A DNA stretch of 64,000 bases from a virus. Below are positions 52,613 to 60,819 of the stretch, one piece after another. Where the stretch lies: the IMG/VR virus record IMGVR_UViG_3300044530_000662, positions 32,001-96,000 of that record; one strand, given 5' to 3'. Position numbers and translations under genes: made by a program. How positions within the stretch are numbered: position 1 is the first letter of the stretch; each line of letters opens with the position of its first letter. Below the pieces are notes generated by a model, which did no database searches, was not told the origin of the DNA, and saw nothing but the letters and a program-made list of their open reading frames with translations.

Positions 52613-52614
52613 AA

Positions 52615-53130
52615 TTAAGAATCATAAGATAACCCAATTCCTCCTCTAACTTTACTAGACTGTTCATCTTGTAGGTCTTTGTACACACCCTTAAATGATT
52701 GTCTAATGCCATCAAAGTCTTTTGCTAATGCTCTTATCTGAGCTATGTTACCATCTTTACCATCTGTGATTTGTGCAGTAGACAAGTAATTAGATATCCT
52801 ATCAAGTGCTTTTTGCATACCCCCATATGCTCTGGATGTTGGAGTTTCATATAATTTTTCACAGAACTTAAGAGCATTAAATATATCCTCATCTTCTGTT
52901 GAGAATTCTCCATCTATTTCTCTTATAATCAATGATTCTTTTTCTATCTGTGGTGTATGAAAGAAAGGATTCAAATCTGGATCAGGACATGTCATATAAA
53001 ACAAGTACTGGTATATTTTTAGATAATCATCTGGATAATTATCCATGATATCTTTTAGAGATTTAAGTGTATAGCAATGTTCAGTTGGAACTACTGTTCT
53101 GTTCTGTACATCAAATAGTTTAATCAGCAT
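52615..53130 (-). CDS. Conserved helical protein, possible terminase small subunit, 171 aa
   Basis: Immediately upstream of terL; inference from position. Confidence 0.4.
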   Translation of the reverse strand: MLIKLFDVQNRTVVPTEHCYTLKSLKDIMDNYPDDYLKIYQYLFYMTCPDPDLNPFFHTPQIEKESLIIREIDGEFSTEDEDIFNALKFCEKLYETPTSRAYGGMQKALDRISNYLSTAQITDGKDGNIAQIRALAKDFDGIRQSFKGVYKDLQDEQSSKVRGGIGLSYDS

Positions 53131-53132
53131 CT

Positions 53133-53966
53133 TTATTTCTTTTTAATATTTTGTTTGTTCTCATGAAGGTAATGAATAAGTGCATGCACTTCTTCTACTA
53201 GATAAGGTATTGCCATAGGTATTACCTCTTTTACTATAGGATCTCCATTATCATCTAGTTTTGCAATTGGATAACCCCACTGATCTTCTCTATCTACTTC
53301 AAATGTTATATGATGAATATAAATGCTTCCTGGTTTTAATTTAGGATTATGCTTTAATATAATATACATATAAATGCTAAGTTGTAAAGCATAATGATAA
53401 AAGTTACAGTCATCTAAATTATTGACAGGGTGAGCCATCTTTTCAGATATTCCTTCCCAGTTAACATAAGATTCTTTCTTTATCTCCTTGTTAGTTTTGT
53501 AGTCAATAATATTTACTTTACCATTCACTACTTCTACTAAATCTGATTGGCCACAAAGACCAACTGATCTTAAATAGACCATATGTTCTGGATACACACC
53601 TGGTTCTAATTTTTGTAATGGAGCCACCTTAACTCCTTCTTTAACTTCTGATGGTTTAAATACAGGTACTGTTACACCTTCTCTTTCCATAGAAGCTAGT
53701 GCACATAAGTCATCTTCTCTTTGGTTGTGATACCATGAACCAAGAGTAGTAGACCTAGTAGATTCATTATTCCAAATATCTTGAATAGTCTGAGGATCTA
53801 CTCCGGCCCATTTAGATTTTTTATTTTTGCTTACTTTCTGAGCTACAGCTTTGGCATCAAAAGATTTTTTAAAATGGGATACAAGTGTAGTTACACTTAT
53901 CCATTCAATACCTGTATCTTCTATACTTCTATAGCTGTGATCAGATGCGTTAAATATTATGCTCAT
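53133..53966 (-). CDS. PD-(D/E)XK (Cas4/RecB-like) nuclease, 277 aa
   Basis: GSWYH, E...Y, CGQSDL, IIDYKTNK, HYALQLSIY motifs. Confidence 0.85.
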   Translation of the reverse strand: MSIIFNASDHSYRSIEDTGIEWISVTTLVSHFKKSFDAKAVAQKVSKNKKSKWAGVDPQTIQDIWNNESTRSTTLGSWYHNQREDDLCALASMEREGVTVPVFKPSEVKEGVKVAPLQKLEPGVYPEHMVYLRSVGLCGQSDLVEVVNGKVNIIDYKTNKEIKKESYVNWEGISEKMAHPVNNLDDCNFYHYALQLSIYMYIILKHNPKLKPGSIYIHHITFEVDREDQWGYPIAKLDDNGDPIVKEVIPMAIPYLVEEVHALIHYLHENKQNIKKK

Positions 53967-53968
53967 AA

Positions 53969-54289
53969 TTATGCATTTTCAATTATTGATTCTGCTAATG
54001 TTCTTGATGATTCATCTTCAGCCATTAACATCTTACGGATATTAGTTACTTCTTCTTGTGTAAACTTACCCTCCATAGAAAGAATCTTTAGTCTTAAGAA
54101 CTTATTATCTGTTTCTAACTTCTTTACTCTTTCTAGTAGATCTTGTATAGGATTCCCCCATGGATCATTATTAATAGCACTAAATAAACCATTAGCATTA
54201 CCAGGAATGGTATTAATTACTGTAGTAGGATCATTAACATATACACCTTGTATACTTTGTGTTTGTAATCTATCTGTAAACTTTGACAT
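53969..54289 (-). CDS. Hypothetical coiled-coil protein, 106 aa
   Basis: ORF track; tight packing. Confidence 0.6.
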   Translation of the reverse strand: MSKFTDRLQTQSIQGVYVNDPTTVINTIPGNANGLFSAINNDPWGNPIQDLLERVKKLETDNKFLRLKILSMEGKFTQEEVTNIRKMLMAEDESSRTLAESIIENA

Positions 54290-54293
54290 AATA

Positions 54294-54593
54294 TTAATCT
54301 TTAAGGTTATCTAAATCATCTTCTTCATCTTCAGTACAAACAGCTTTCCATTTACCTAGTGGGCAATCTGCAGACAGAGCTCTAGTTTTAAATGTTAATG
54401 AGCAACCACACTCATTACAACAGGGAGCTGTACCTGGTACTGCACAATCATCACCTTTTGAAGTACAGTCATCACAAACTTCTTTTCTAAATTTTGCTAC
54501 ATCTTCAATAAATTCATCTCTGATAATAGAATTTTTAATTCCTTCAACAATCCCTTTTCTATTCTCCCAGATTGTTTTTAATACTGCTTTCAT
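54294..54593 (-). CDS. Zn-finger protein (DUF6171-like), 99 aa
   Basis: R..VC..C...C..CGC....KTR.L...CPLGKW. Confidence 0.65.
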   Translation of the reverse strand: MKAVLKTIWENRKGIVEGIKNSIIRDEFIEDVAKFRKEVCDDCTSKGDDCAVPGTAPCCNECGCSLTFKTRALSADCPLGKWKAVCTEDEEDDLDNLKD

Positions 54594-54948
54594 TTTTGGT
54601 TTTTTTAAAATTATCTTTTCTGGTTTCCTCTACTAGCATTTTCTTTTCTAATTCTAGTAATTGTTCAAGTTTAACTTCTAAACCTTTTTTATTAAAATAA
54701 GCTCCAAAAGTTGATGTGTCATGTTCTTGTAATTTTTTTGTTATCTTAGGTATATCATTTTTAACTAGCATAGGTTTAGCAACAAAATGACCAAGTCCTT
54801 CTAAGTTTACTCTAGGATACTCTAAGTTAGATAGCACACTTCTCAGTTCTTTATAACAAAATTCAATATAAGTTTCTAGCATAGTTTCATCAAGATTGTT
54901 ATCTTCTGCTAACTGCTTATATATGCTATTTGCTTTCTTGGGTATCAT
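54559..54948 (-). CDS. HU/IHF-like DNA-binding protein, 129 aa
   Basis: IYKQLAE..NL...LE.YI...VNLEGLGHF matches the HU fold pattern. Confidence 0.7.
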   Translation of the reverse strand: MIPKKANSIYKQLAEDNNLDETMLETYIEFCYKELRSVLSNLEYPRVNLEGLGHFVAKPMLVKNDIPKITKKLQEHDTSTFGAYFNKKGLEVKLEQLLELEKKMLVEETRKDNFKKTKNESSIKNNLGE

Positions 54949-55306
54949 TTCCTAAAAATTTATAATCTAGTAAAAGTGTTCCCTTTGTTTGTATTTTAAT
55001 ATCTGGATTAATCATAATCAATTTCTTATTGTTAGGATCTTTAATAACCAGATTATTCTTTTCTGCTTTATTAATACAATTCCTTACAGTTTGAGGTGAT
55101 TTAAATATCCAGTCTTCATCTGCAGAGGCATCATAACAAAAATGGGTAAGTTCTATAGGTTCATTAAAACTAAGTAAAGTTAAACAGTTTAAATCAGACT
55201 CACTCACTGTTATACGGCTAATATAACAATGAGTAAGAATCTGAAACTTAACAACATCCCATTTTGGCATCTTGACACGCTTCTGTACCTGATTTACAAG
55301 TGCCAT
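54926..55306 (-). CDS. Winged-HTH / RepL-like protein, 126 aa
   Basis: QTVRNCINKAEKNNLVIK...MINP recognition helix plus wing; crAss-like synteny. Confidence 0.5.
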   Translation of the reverse strand: MALVNQVQKRVKMPKWDVVKFQILTHCYISRITVSESDLNCLTLLSFNEPIELTHFCYDASADEDWIFKSPQTVRNCINKAEKNNLVIKDPNNKKLIMINPDIKIQTKGTLLLDYKFLGNDTQESK

Positions 55307-55308
55307 GA

Positions 55309-55614
55309 TTAATTCTTTTTAAGCTTTCTTTTTGCTGTTTCCGGATTAATTCTACCATCTAACTCTAAACCTTCTTCTTCTAGATCTTCATCTAAAGGTG
55401 TAGGATTATTTATTTGATACATAGTTACAGCATACTGATGTTCATACTGTAGTCTCTTAAGTTTATTTTCTGAGATCTCAGCTAATAACTTTTCATATTC
55501 AGCTTGAGCTTTTAAATAAGGTAAAGCTTCTTCAAAGAATTGTTTCATCTCTTCTTTTCTAGCTGTTAACTGTTCTGGAGATAAATTCTCCATTTGTTCT
55601 TGTTGGTTTTCCAT
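55309..55614 (-). CDS. Hypothetical coiled-coil protein, 101 aa
   Basis: ORF track; preceded by a promoter-like element. Confidence 0.65.
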   Translation of the reverse strand: MENQQEQMENLSPEQLTARKEEMKQFFEEALPYLKAQAEYEKLLAEISENKLKRLQYEHQYAVTMYQINNPTPLDEDLEEEGLELDGRINPETAKRKLKKN

Positions 55615-55632
55615 TACTTTTTAATTTTAAGT

Positions 55633-55645
55633 TTAGACAAATATA
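55633..55645 (-). promoter_or_regulatory. Bacteroidota-type -7 promoter element TATATTTG(TCTAA)
   Basis: Fits TAnnTTTG; identical 13-mer at 63964-63976. Confidence 0.6.
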
Positions 55646-55676
55646 CAAGAAAAGTTTAAATTAAAATAGTTTAAAT

Positions 55677-55707
55677 AAAAAAATCCAGGCATAGTATATA
55701 CCTGGAT
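55677..55707 (-). terminator. Rho-independent terminator
   Basis: ATCCAGG...CCTGGAT stem followed by a T-run on the minus strand. Confidence 0.7.
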
Positions 55708-55726
55708 CTCTATAATTTGTATGTAA

Positions 55727-56035
55727 TTATTTTTTCTTAGTCATTGTTTTGGCTTTAACAATACCACCTTTTTTATTTTTATCTAGCATCTTTTTAACAC
55801 CTAGTCCTGCGGCACCTGCGGCACCTATCCCTAGAATAGCACCTAATGCACCACCGCCTCCTCCACCACTTCTAGAAGATGATCTAAACTTAGTTGTTTT
55901 ACCACAACCACTTTTTCTTCTTCTTCTTTTTTTACCATCAGCTGCTACATATTCTTCCATACAACTATCTTCTGTACTTCCGCCCTCAGCATAACTCTTC
56001 ATAGATCTAATGATCTGGTTTTTACTATCTATCAT
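55727..56035 (-). CDS. Small basic protein with GG motifs and a hydrophobic Gly/Ala segment, 102 aa
   Basis: YAEGG, NKKGG, poly-R/K tract, GALGAILGIGAAGAAGLG. Confidence 0.6.
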   Translation of the reverse strand: MIDSKNQIIRSMKSYAEGGSTEDSCMEEYVAADGKKRRRRKSGCGKTTKFRSSSRSGGGGGGALGAILGIGAAGAAGLGVKKMLDKNKKGGIVKAKTMTKKK

Positions 56036-56037
56036 GA

Positions 56038-56199
56038 TTATCTATTTTTAAGTGTAAAGTTTAATACAGTAATCATATAAAATGATCTTGGTACATCTAT
56101 TTCTAGAGTAAATACATCAATAGAAGATACTCTTAAACTTAATCTTAATTGTTTTAAGTTTTTCTTCCAGTTTTTCCAATTATTTCTAGACTTTATCAT
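56038..56199 (-). CDS. Small protein, 53 aa (not in track)
   Basis: Hand translation MIKSRNNWKNWKKNLKQLRLSLRVSSIDVFTLEIDVPRSFYMITVLNFTLKNR; ATGA overlap with the upstream gene. Confidence 0.6.
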   Translation of the reverse strand: MIKSRNNWKNWKKNLKQLRLSLRVSSIDVFTLEIDVPRSFYMITVLNFTLKNR

Positions 56200-56714
56200 G
56201 CTTCATTTGTACTTATGGTTCCTTTTGCTTCAAGATAAACTTTTCTAACACTTGCTGGTTGTGCTACTTTCCAAGCAGTTCTTCTAGCTTGTGTTAGTCT
56301 AGACTTAGCAAGTCTCATCACATTTACCTGGTTAGATTGGTTACCACCAAGAACATGATAGTGAGTTTTATCCTCACCTACATAAAATCCAACATGGCCA
56401 CCGCCATTTCTTTTGAATGTAAGTATATCACCTAACATAGGTTCAGTTACTTGAGTTCCGTACTTATTCCAGTTAAGAGCCCATAAAGGTCTTTCAACTA
56501 CTTGTACTCCTGCCTTGTGTGCACAGTAAGCTACAAATAAACCGCACCAAGGAATTTCATCATTGGTATAAATAGTACTTAGACTAAGTTCTTTAGCCCA
56601 ATTGAGTATTACAGGATTATGTGCTTTACCTACTATCTCTTTAGTACCTATCAGCTTTATAGCTTCTACTAATATTTTAGGAGCTGTTTCTTGAGTTAAA
56701 TAGCCGTAACTCAT
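56196..56714 (-). CDS. TIGR02594-family NlpC/P60-CHAP-like cell-wall hydrolase (putative endolysin), 172 aa
   Basis: DEIPWCGLFV, GGGHVGF, LGGNQSNQV; beside holin-like genes. Confidence 0.8.
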   Translation of the reverse strand: MSYGYLTQETAPKILVEAIKLIGTKEIVGKAHNPVILNWAKELSLSTIYTNDEIPWCGLFVAYCAHKAGVQVVERPLWALNWNKYGTQVTEPMLGDILTFKRNGGGHVGFYVGEDKTHYHVLGGNQSNQVNVMRLAKSRLTQARRTAWKVAQPASVRKVYLEAKGTISTNEA

Positions 56715-57022
56715 TGCTTAGGTTTTTTATTTAATTTTTTACTAATTAGTTTTGCTATCCATGATCCTACTTTTTTAAGAACATTAGATTCAGCATCTAC
56801 ATTCACTGTTGTTCTTTCTCCAGTTTTTTCTACAGTGATATCTAATTTTTTAGTATCTACTTTAACAGATTTACTATCTGCATCCGCGTGAACTTCTACA
56901 TCAACTTTTTTTGTATCTACTACAACATCCAAAGTTTCTGGAGTCTTATCAATGCTTACTGTAGTTTCTCCTACTTTTACTTCAGCATCAATACTTACTG
57001 GTTTTTTTGGTTTCTTACTCAT
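56711..57022 (-). CDS. Hypothetical protein with beta-strand repeats (VDTKKVDV/VDTKKLDI), 103 aa
   Basis: Internal repeat; amphipathic basic C-terminus. Confidence 0.55.
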   Translation of the reverse strand: MSKKPKKPVSIDAEVKVGETTVSIDKTPETLDVVVDTKKVDVEVHADADSKSVKVDTKKLDITVEKTGERTTVNVDAESNVLKKVGSWIAKLISKKLNKKPKQ

Positions 57023-57025
57023 GGT

Positions 57026-57262
57026 TTATTCATTTATTAATTCTTCTTCTACTTTAGAATCATCAACTGTTAATTGTGATAATGTTGCTGCTACTGTTCC
57101 TGCTGTAGCTAAATAACCTGCTGCTGTAATTACTGCTGCTGGTAATGATATTGGAGCTGTTAGAATTACTCCTGCTACTGCACCTAATGTAATTGCAATG
57201 TTTCTTACTTTCTTCCAAAACTTTGGAGTTTTACCACTCCATCTTCTTTTTAACTCTTTCAT
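57026..57262 (-). CDS. Holin-like membrane protein, 78 aa
   Basis: Basic N-terminus (RW..KTPKFWKK), two hydrophobic segments, acidic tail; in the lysis cassette. Confidence 0.65.
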   Translation of the reverse strand: MKELKRRWSGKTPKFWKKVRNIAITLGAVAGVILTAPISLPAAVITAAGYLATAGTVAATLSQLTVDDSKVEEELINE

Positions 57263-57531
57263 TTGTCTTTATTTAATACAAACATCTTAACTGCATCTGA
57301 TAATTCACCTACATTCTTAGCTAGATTCTTTATCTCAAGTTGAGTAAGTTCTTGCAATGCTTGATATTTTATCTGTGTCTCTTGTTGTACAAGTTCTATT
57401 TTACCTTTCAGTCTTCCTTGCTCTTCAGTATTTTTTCTAACATCTCCGTGAATCATTTTTAAAAAGTATCCAAATATAGCAAAAACAATACTTGTAATAA
57501 AAAGTCCTACGGTTAGTGTTTGTGTATCCAT
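57259..57531 (-). CDS. N-terminal TM plus coiled-coil protein (holin/spanin-like), 90 aa
   Basis: Single TM at residues 7-25, then heptads. Confidence 0.55.
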   Translation of the reverse strand: MDTQTLTVGLFITSIVFAIFGYFLKMIHGDVRKNTEEQGRLKGKIELVQQETQIKYQALQELTQLEIKNLAKNVGELSDAVKMFVLNKDK

Positions 57532-57557
57532 TGTTATAAGTTATAAATATATATAAT

Positions 57558-57570
57558 AATATAGTAAAAA
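57558..57570 (-). promoter_or_regulatory. Putative late promoter TTTTTACTATATT
   Basis: One mismatch to the 29700/62392 13-mer; upstream of the lysis genes. Confidence 0.5.
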
Positions 57571-57588
57571 TATTTGAATCTACAGTGA

Positions 57589-58989
57589 TTATACCAAACT
57601 ATATTCTATATACCATGTATCTGTATCTGTTTTTGTAAGTGTTGCTACACTGTATTGTCCTGGTAAAGGTCCAGGAATACTTGTATATAAGGTTACTCCA
57701 ATTACTCCTAATATGGTTACAGTTCCGGTTCCTTGTTGTGATACTTTTATTACAGCACCTGTAGGAATTGGAAAATTACTATTTAATTGAATAGTCATAG
57801 TCTGCGGAGATGCCGAATCAACCATTAAAAATTTACCAGCATCTATATTCAATAAAATTCTACCAGCAATATTTAACTCTGGTGTTACATAAGCATTTAT
57901 AGAGTTAGCTGCTACATTTATTCTATTATTAATAGCATCATTTACAATAGCCCAATCTACTCCAGCACCTGAAATAAAATTTATTTTTGATGTACTTCCT
58001 ACAGCATTTGCATTTTCTGTAAGATCAATAGTTGCTACATTTGCTTGAGGTCCAAATCCTGATTGAAACTTAACATCATCTAAAGCATATCTATCAAAAT
58101 TGGTAGCAAATGTATTAGCTGTTGTACCAGTCATAAATATTCTTACCATTGACATAGTACTGATAGCAAGATTGCCAAATGCATTTGTAGGAATAGAAAC
58201 TAATTGCCAGTTTCCTATACTATTCATATTCATACCCCAGTTTGTAGCAAGGACAGAACCAATCAAAGTTGTACCGTTATAAAGGAAAATTTGAATATTT
58301 CTAGCAGGAAGAGCTACTGGTAAGTAAACTCTAAATGTAAGAAAAGCAAATGTTGTCCTAGAGATATTTCCTGTTGGTTTTGTATATTGTATATACTTAC
58401 CACTACTATAGGTAGGAGCAGTAACTAAAGTGCACTGGCTTCCTTGAAAAACTGGAGCTGGAGTTGTACTTGAAAAATTAACTGACAAAGCCGGAGCTGC
58501 ACCTGCTACAGAAGAGGGATTCCAATCTGGAGTTAATCCTTCTCTGTAGACAAATTCGTTTGTTACTGTAGGAGTAGTTGAACCAGCTCCTACTAACACA
58601 TACTGGATAAGTACATAGTTCTCATCTACTGCAGGAGTAAGAGGATTTGTAGCAGGAGTTCCAGAGATTACTGAAACTACTCCAATATCATTTACAACTA
58701 TAGCATCAAATCTTGGTAATGTTGGATTACTTGCAGGTAATGTTACATTCTGAGCATTTGCTGAAAGTTGTATTCCTGCAATTTGATATACCAAAGCTGA
58801 TACATTAAACACCATACCTGTATCAGACCAAGAAGCTCCTCCAGATATTAATAAGTTGGCTCTACCAGGGTTATTAATATTTGCAAGATCTAACTGAGTT
58901 GCATATGGATTAGTTACTGATGGAGTATTTGCACCTACGGCTGCATCATATGCATTACCAGGTAAATTTCTATTTATATTGATACTCAT
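57589..58989 (-). CDS. Receptor-binding / fibre protein with a carbohydrate-binding-like beta-sandwich, 466 aa
   Basis: TLPASNPTLPRFDAIVV anchor segment; FRVYL...WQLVSIP..AF...ALDDV pattern resembles a galactose-binding-like fold. Confidence 0.5.
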   Translation of the reverse strand: MSININRNLPGNAYDAAVGANTPSVTNPYATQLDLANINNPGRANLLISGGASWSDTGMVFNVSALVYQIAGIQLSANAQNVTLPASNPTLPRFDAIVVNDIGVVSVISGTPATNPLTPAVDENYVLIQYVLVGAGSTTPTVTNEFVYREGLTPDWNPSSVAGAAPALSVNFSSTTPAPVFQGSQCTLVTAPTYSSGKYIQYTKPTGNISRTTFAFLTFRVYLPVALPARNIQIFLYNGTTLIGSVLATNWGMNMNSIGNWQLVSIPTNAFGNLAISTMSMVRIFMTGTTANTFATNFDRYALDDVKFQSGFGPQANVATIDLTENANAVGSTSKINFISGAGVDWAIVNDAINNRINVAANSINAYVTPELNIAGRILLNIDAGKFLMVDSASPQTMTIQLNSNFPIPTGAVIKVSQQGTGTVTILGVIGVTLYTSIPGPLPGQYSVATLTKTDTDTWYIEYSLV

Positions 58990-59552
58990 TAGTATGTTTT
59001 GTTTAAAATAAATATATCACTATAGATATTGTTTCCTGTAGAAGCGACTTGCCATTGAACTGTTACATCCAATACATTAGGAATGGTTGTATCAAATGTT
59101 GTGTTATTTACCTCATTAAATCCAAATCCTTGAACAGAAGCATTGTTAGTTTTTGTATAATGAAATGAACCTAATGCTACAATAGATGCTACACCAGCAA
59201 TCCCAATTTGTCTAATTGTAAAATCAACATTTAAAGACCATACATCATCTATAACACTGCTGCCCAAATTTTGTAGATTACTATTTAAAAGAACAATAGA
59301 TCCTGCTTTAACTCTAATTGTAATATTTTGATTATTATTAGCATTCATTACACCACCAAAAACAGCTCTAAAACTATCTCCTACCTTGAAGCCATTAGGA
59401 GGAACCGTTAATGTACCTACACCACCATTAATAAGACTAAGTTCTACATTAGTATTAGTGATTATAGTACTATTGCCTGTTTGAGCAAATAGACCTCCTG
59501 TTTTACTGTAGGGGCTAAAAAAATCACTATCTGTATAAACCTGAATACCCAT
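58989..59552 (-). CDS. Beta-sandwich structural protein, 187 aa
   Basis: ORF track; beta-rich; within the fibre cluster. Confidence 0.5.
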   Translation of the reverse strand: MGIQVYTDSDFFSPYSKTGGLFAQTGNSTIITNTNVELSLINGGVGTLTVPPNGFKVGDSFRAVFGGVMNANNNQNITIRVKAGSIVLLNSNLQNLGSSVIDDVWSLNVDFTIRQIGIAGVASIVALGSFHYTKTNNASVQGFGFNEVNNTTFDTTIPNVLDVTVQWQVASTGNNIYSDIFILNKTY

Positions 59553-60391
59553 TAGATATAACTATAGATAATTATTAATGATGATCCTACATTAGTTGTA
59601 GTATCCCAAAAGAAAGAAGTTCCTACATAAGCATTTGAAGGACTATTTGCATCAAGATTTATAGTTGTTCCAGGTACTAAATTTACATATGAGGCACCTC
59701 CATTAACTGATACTAATGCATTAGCTGTCCCATTAGAGAAGAATGATATTGAAGTAATATTAGGACCAAAAGAAGATAGATTCCCATCTGCTGCAGAAAC
59801 TTCAAGATTTTCAAGACTTACTATAATATATCTAGGTAATACATTAACATCTAATGCTTGTTCAGTTGGACTAAATGCAGTACTAGTAAGAGGAGTTCCC
59901 CCAGCACAAATTGATACTGAATCAGTTGCACAGTCTAAATCTCTTATATCTAAATCAAGAGCATCAACAGTAATACCTCCTTGAAGTTCAGTATATATAT
60001 TATCTAAAGTTACTTCAGTAGCTAAACCTGTAGTGTTACTTACAATTTGAGCTAAGTAAGTATTAGGATTGATATATGTAATTGGAGCAACTGGAGTACC
60101 AGGTACAGTATCTCCAGCTTCAAAATATATAGGTGGATCAAATGTAGTTCCATTCCAAATTCTTATTTCTAACCATGTAACATCATTAGCATCTACAACT
60201 AAGGCTGCTTCATAATCAGTACCATTTTGAATAGCTGCAAGTATTTGAGTTAGTAATGGTTCTACAGTATCTGTGTTATCTACAATTTCTTGTAAAGCAT
60301 CACAAGCACATTGTTGACCCATCAACATTTTCAATTGCCAAGGAAAGTTATTTCCTTTGTTTCCATAGTCTTTTAAATTTCCTATTGACAT
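59552..60391 (-). CDS. Structural/fibre-associated protein, 279 aa
   Basis: ORF track; acidic, beta-rich C-terminus. Confidence 0.5.
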   Translation of the reverse strand: MSIGNLKDYGNKGNNFPWQLKMLMGQQCACDALQEIVDNTDTVEPLLTQILAAIQNGTDYEAALVVDANDVTWLEIRIWNGTTFDPPIYFEAGDTVPGTPVAPITYINPNTYLAQIVSNTTGLATEVTLDNIYTELQGGITVDALDLDIRDLDCATDSVSICAGGTPLTSTAFSPTEQALDVNVLPRYIIVSLENLEVSAADGNLSSFGPNITSISFFSNGTANALVSVNGGASYVNLVPGTTINLDANSPSNAYVGTSFFWDTTTNVGSSLIIIYSYI

Positions 60392-60417
60392 TGTTTCTTA
60401 TTTTTAATTTTTAAAAC

Positions 60418-60579
60418 TTAATCTTCTTTTGTTAACTCCACTACATCTTGTGGTTGCGGTGGAAATAGTACTGCTAATGCTTGTACTAAAAAAGCTGCAT
60501 CCTGTAATGAGTAAGCACCTTTCTTAAACCCTTGATCTAATGCCTGGTTTAAAATTTGAATTGCTTGTTCTTGATTCAT
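60418..60579 (-). CDS. Small helical protein, 53 aa (start re-called to ATG at 60579)
   Basis: MNQEQAIQILNQAL...; ATGA-type junction with the upstream gene. Confidence 0.6.
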   Translation of the reverse strand: MNQEQAIQILNQALDQGFKKGAYSLQDAAFLVQALAVLFPPQPQDVVELTKED

Positions 60580-60800
60580 ATTGCTTGTAATTCTGTTATT
60601 TGTAAAGGTGTAAGACCTGCAACAAACCATTCTTTACCCATCATAATTCTGATGTGTTCTACATTACGGTCAAATGTTGCTAATTCTTCTTCAGTGATAT
60701 CTAGTTTACCGTTCAATTGATTATAGATAGCTACACTATCATAAGCAGCAGATACTGATTGTGCTACTTCTTCTGGGGTATAAGTAATTATATTTTCCAT
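60576..60800 (-). CDS. Small protein, possible fibre chaperone, 74 aa
   Basis: Follows the beta-roll fibre gene; inference. Confidence 0.45.
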   Translation of the reverse strand: MENIITYTPEEVAQSVSAAYDSVAIYNQLNGKLDITEEELATFDRNVEHIRIMMGKEWFVAGLTPLQITELQAI

Positions 60801-60819
60801 GATTCAAATGTATTAAAAA

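Noticed and set aside
53133-53966. Cas4/CRISPR-associated system
   Set aside because: A solo PD-(D/E)XK nuclease in its usual crAss-like position; no cas genes or array seen in the window.
1522-60282. All plus-strand ORFs in the track (60-180 aa)
   Set aside because: They lie antisense to long minus-strand genes, have shadow-like composition (S/L/F/I-rich) and no motifs or upstream signals.
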